Below are positions 55,401 through 55,750 of a DNA stretch of 55,750 nucleotides, piece after piece. Where the stretch lies: the IMG/VR virus record IMGVR_UViG_3300042914_003776, positions 62,001-117,750 of that record; one strand, 5' to 3'. Source of the DNA: an uncultured virus (IMG/VR IMGVR_UViG_3300042914_003776) (Duplodnaviria; Heunggongvirae; Uroviricota; Caudoviricetes). Each line of letters opens with the position of its first letter. Within the stretch, counting starts at the first letter, position 1. Below the pieces are notes generated by a model that was given only the letters and a program-made list of their open reading frames with translations, was not told the DNA's origin and did not search any database. The translations under genes were made by a program, and so were the position numbers.

Positions 55401-55750
55401 TCTAATAATGACATTTTCACCGGAAGATCTAATGAGTTTAATCGACCAATAGATTATTTACATGTATACGAAAAAAATAGTAACGGATGGGATTTTGTAA
55501 CCAAGATAGCCCCGGCTTTTGACGAATTTGATGCATCTTATTCTTATGCAGACATACTTGGTCCAAATATTTATCATTCTATTAGAACATTGGGTAATAG
55601 AAATTATTCTAATAGCTCGTTTAATTCTAGAACTTGGGATATTGATTTAACTGGATGCTATGATTTAATTAATGATAGAATCTTGTTAAAAGATCCATTA
55701 AGCTATTCTGTTTTTCAAAAAGAACCAGATTATATTAATTCTTCCAGAAT
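52491..55750 (+). CDS. Large tail/baseplate protein with FG-GAP-like propeller repeats (truncated by window end)
   Basis: ATG at 52491; frame spot-checked (FKFGHSIDL..VLAVGE, NFGKAVALD) and open at the end; not every codon verified. Confidence 0.75.
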   Translation, partial: MTNTKESLGLHTISDGPVGGIYSRTGQSNLVLQASSVGTPHFTNWDAGLTSLENTTKERFEARTATRFLDDYLSEKGNYKIRFGAKDIKIADNLAAVSYPEYTDINKSIVKIFDTNLLTYHTGIKVNSYDYTCIDWSLVYNDSVLMPQINLDTLLNPYAGFPSSTNNRFDADLDGLYIIIEYTGYYTLADADPCVLAAPYYNSVLDGKRQILKYNSNENSLLAGEYTIVDFSAGSPTSKKMVLARIGHTLDIGPTEFFSANLATLDVGGFGFIGCNIYLLRYKPVIECGKVDLYTKKRGQITSYDSNGKLVCLKHNLQNGDIIKISGAKNSKINGIRYVQVVNDSTFIIYSTADLTVRVDSYYEGLPEWTACGNIYDSESQAWDYLGTLTSPDGRNGYCFEHQESISNVGFHSFYKTNTLGDNFNNVSTLDQLLELDFSMTSGILTNFYNFPIFSYGSPTRAPSVDAFLNSINFDQGLLKSTNVANEYAPSPLDSVWAGPYNYLNSFKFGHSIDLVKYQNKYVLAVGERGLSSIPNLNFSFQLPVSPIYGKVFLFNIYMDSNGQIENLSYPDRPVEFDSKYYAYTNDSSIAKPPYLTPGNNVSGFYRSLSHFTPIDFADKQYNYYYGTLTHTNGSVTGATDSEYFFDYCNDEMLGDSNLYRRIEYLNGMDYWYGSMVYSLLDLDKNGALPEDPVGLDYNAGGCRDAYFTNISIPKFLSNTSFVYSNPPIYHRGGFNVYPYVDNFGKAVALDVSGNDIYLLSSSKTKPIVERPNYSDGLPSEIEIGDGPGSCSNDNLNKTHCGYIHVFKNGIKIQKIYETEAYTLPSGRHYGFYYKADKFASSMYAKGGELVFGQTKPIDYHDSASNQLETSKIFIYKRSGDLYYKINTIQNSKNNNFSFINDFSFPDQKEFFLRDGNEFMVFSGGILSGTDISGLYYYPPDRFGNYFKYNGNILVANAFDIYNEDGEYHASNNDIFTGRSNEFNRPIDYLHVYEKNSNGWDFVTKIAPAFDEFDASYSYADILGPNIYHSIRTLGNRNYSNSSFNSRTWDIDLTGCYDLINDRILLKDPLSYSVFQKEPDYINSSR

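Noticed and set aside
1..55750. tRNA/rRNA genes, integrase, transposase, introns or inteins, stop-codon recoding
   Set aside because: No T-arm/cloverleaf or rRNA signature noticed; terL, portal and MCP look uninterrupted; TAA, TAG and TGA all end genes at sensible positions
1..55750. Definite host assignment
   Set aside because: Gene style loosely recalls freshwater PVC-group phages and the sigma54 sites imply an rpoN-positive host, but nothing in the window identifies the host

Overview
Fragment of a large, AT-rich tailed dsDNA phage genome, siphovirus-like (no tail sheath gene seen, standard genetic code). (1) 1-7.3 kb is a minus-strand early/host-takeover array of about 20 small genes. 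It has 14 near-perfect sigma70-type promoters (TTGACA-N16-TATAAT), GC-rich non-coding repeats built around a CCSGG-N4-CCSGG core, and two perfect sigma54 (-24/-12) promoters facing the opposite way. (2) 7.3-7.5 kb is a candidate genome end or origin, followed by two minus-strand nuclease genes. (3) 9-19.6 kb (+) holds a sigma factor, putative small terminase, GDP-mannose 4,6-dehydratase, HNH and ERCC4 nucleases, large terminase, portal, protease/scaffold, decoration protein and major capsid protein. (4) 19.7-38.9 kb is a large mosaic fibre/adhesin island with six LamG paralogues in two triplets. (5) 39-55.7 kb encodes neck and tail genes, a 2604-aa tape measure protein with embedded nuclease-like domains, and a truncated propeller-like tail protein. 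The best candidate for an undescribed system is a CCSGG-centred DNA signal: the motif is over-represented in many coding regions, paired in the repeat cores and placed in or beside early promoters. All calls and counts were made by eye; no database searches or computations were run.
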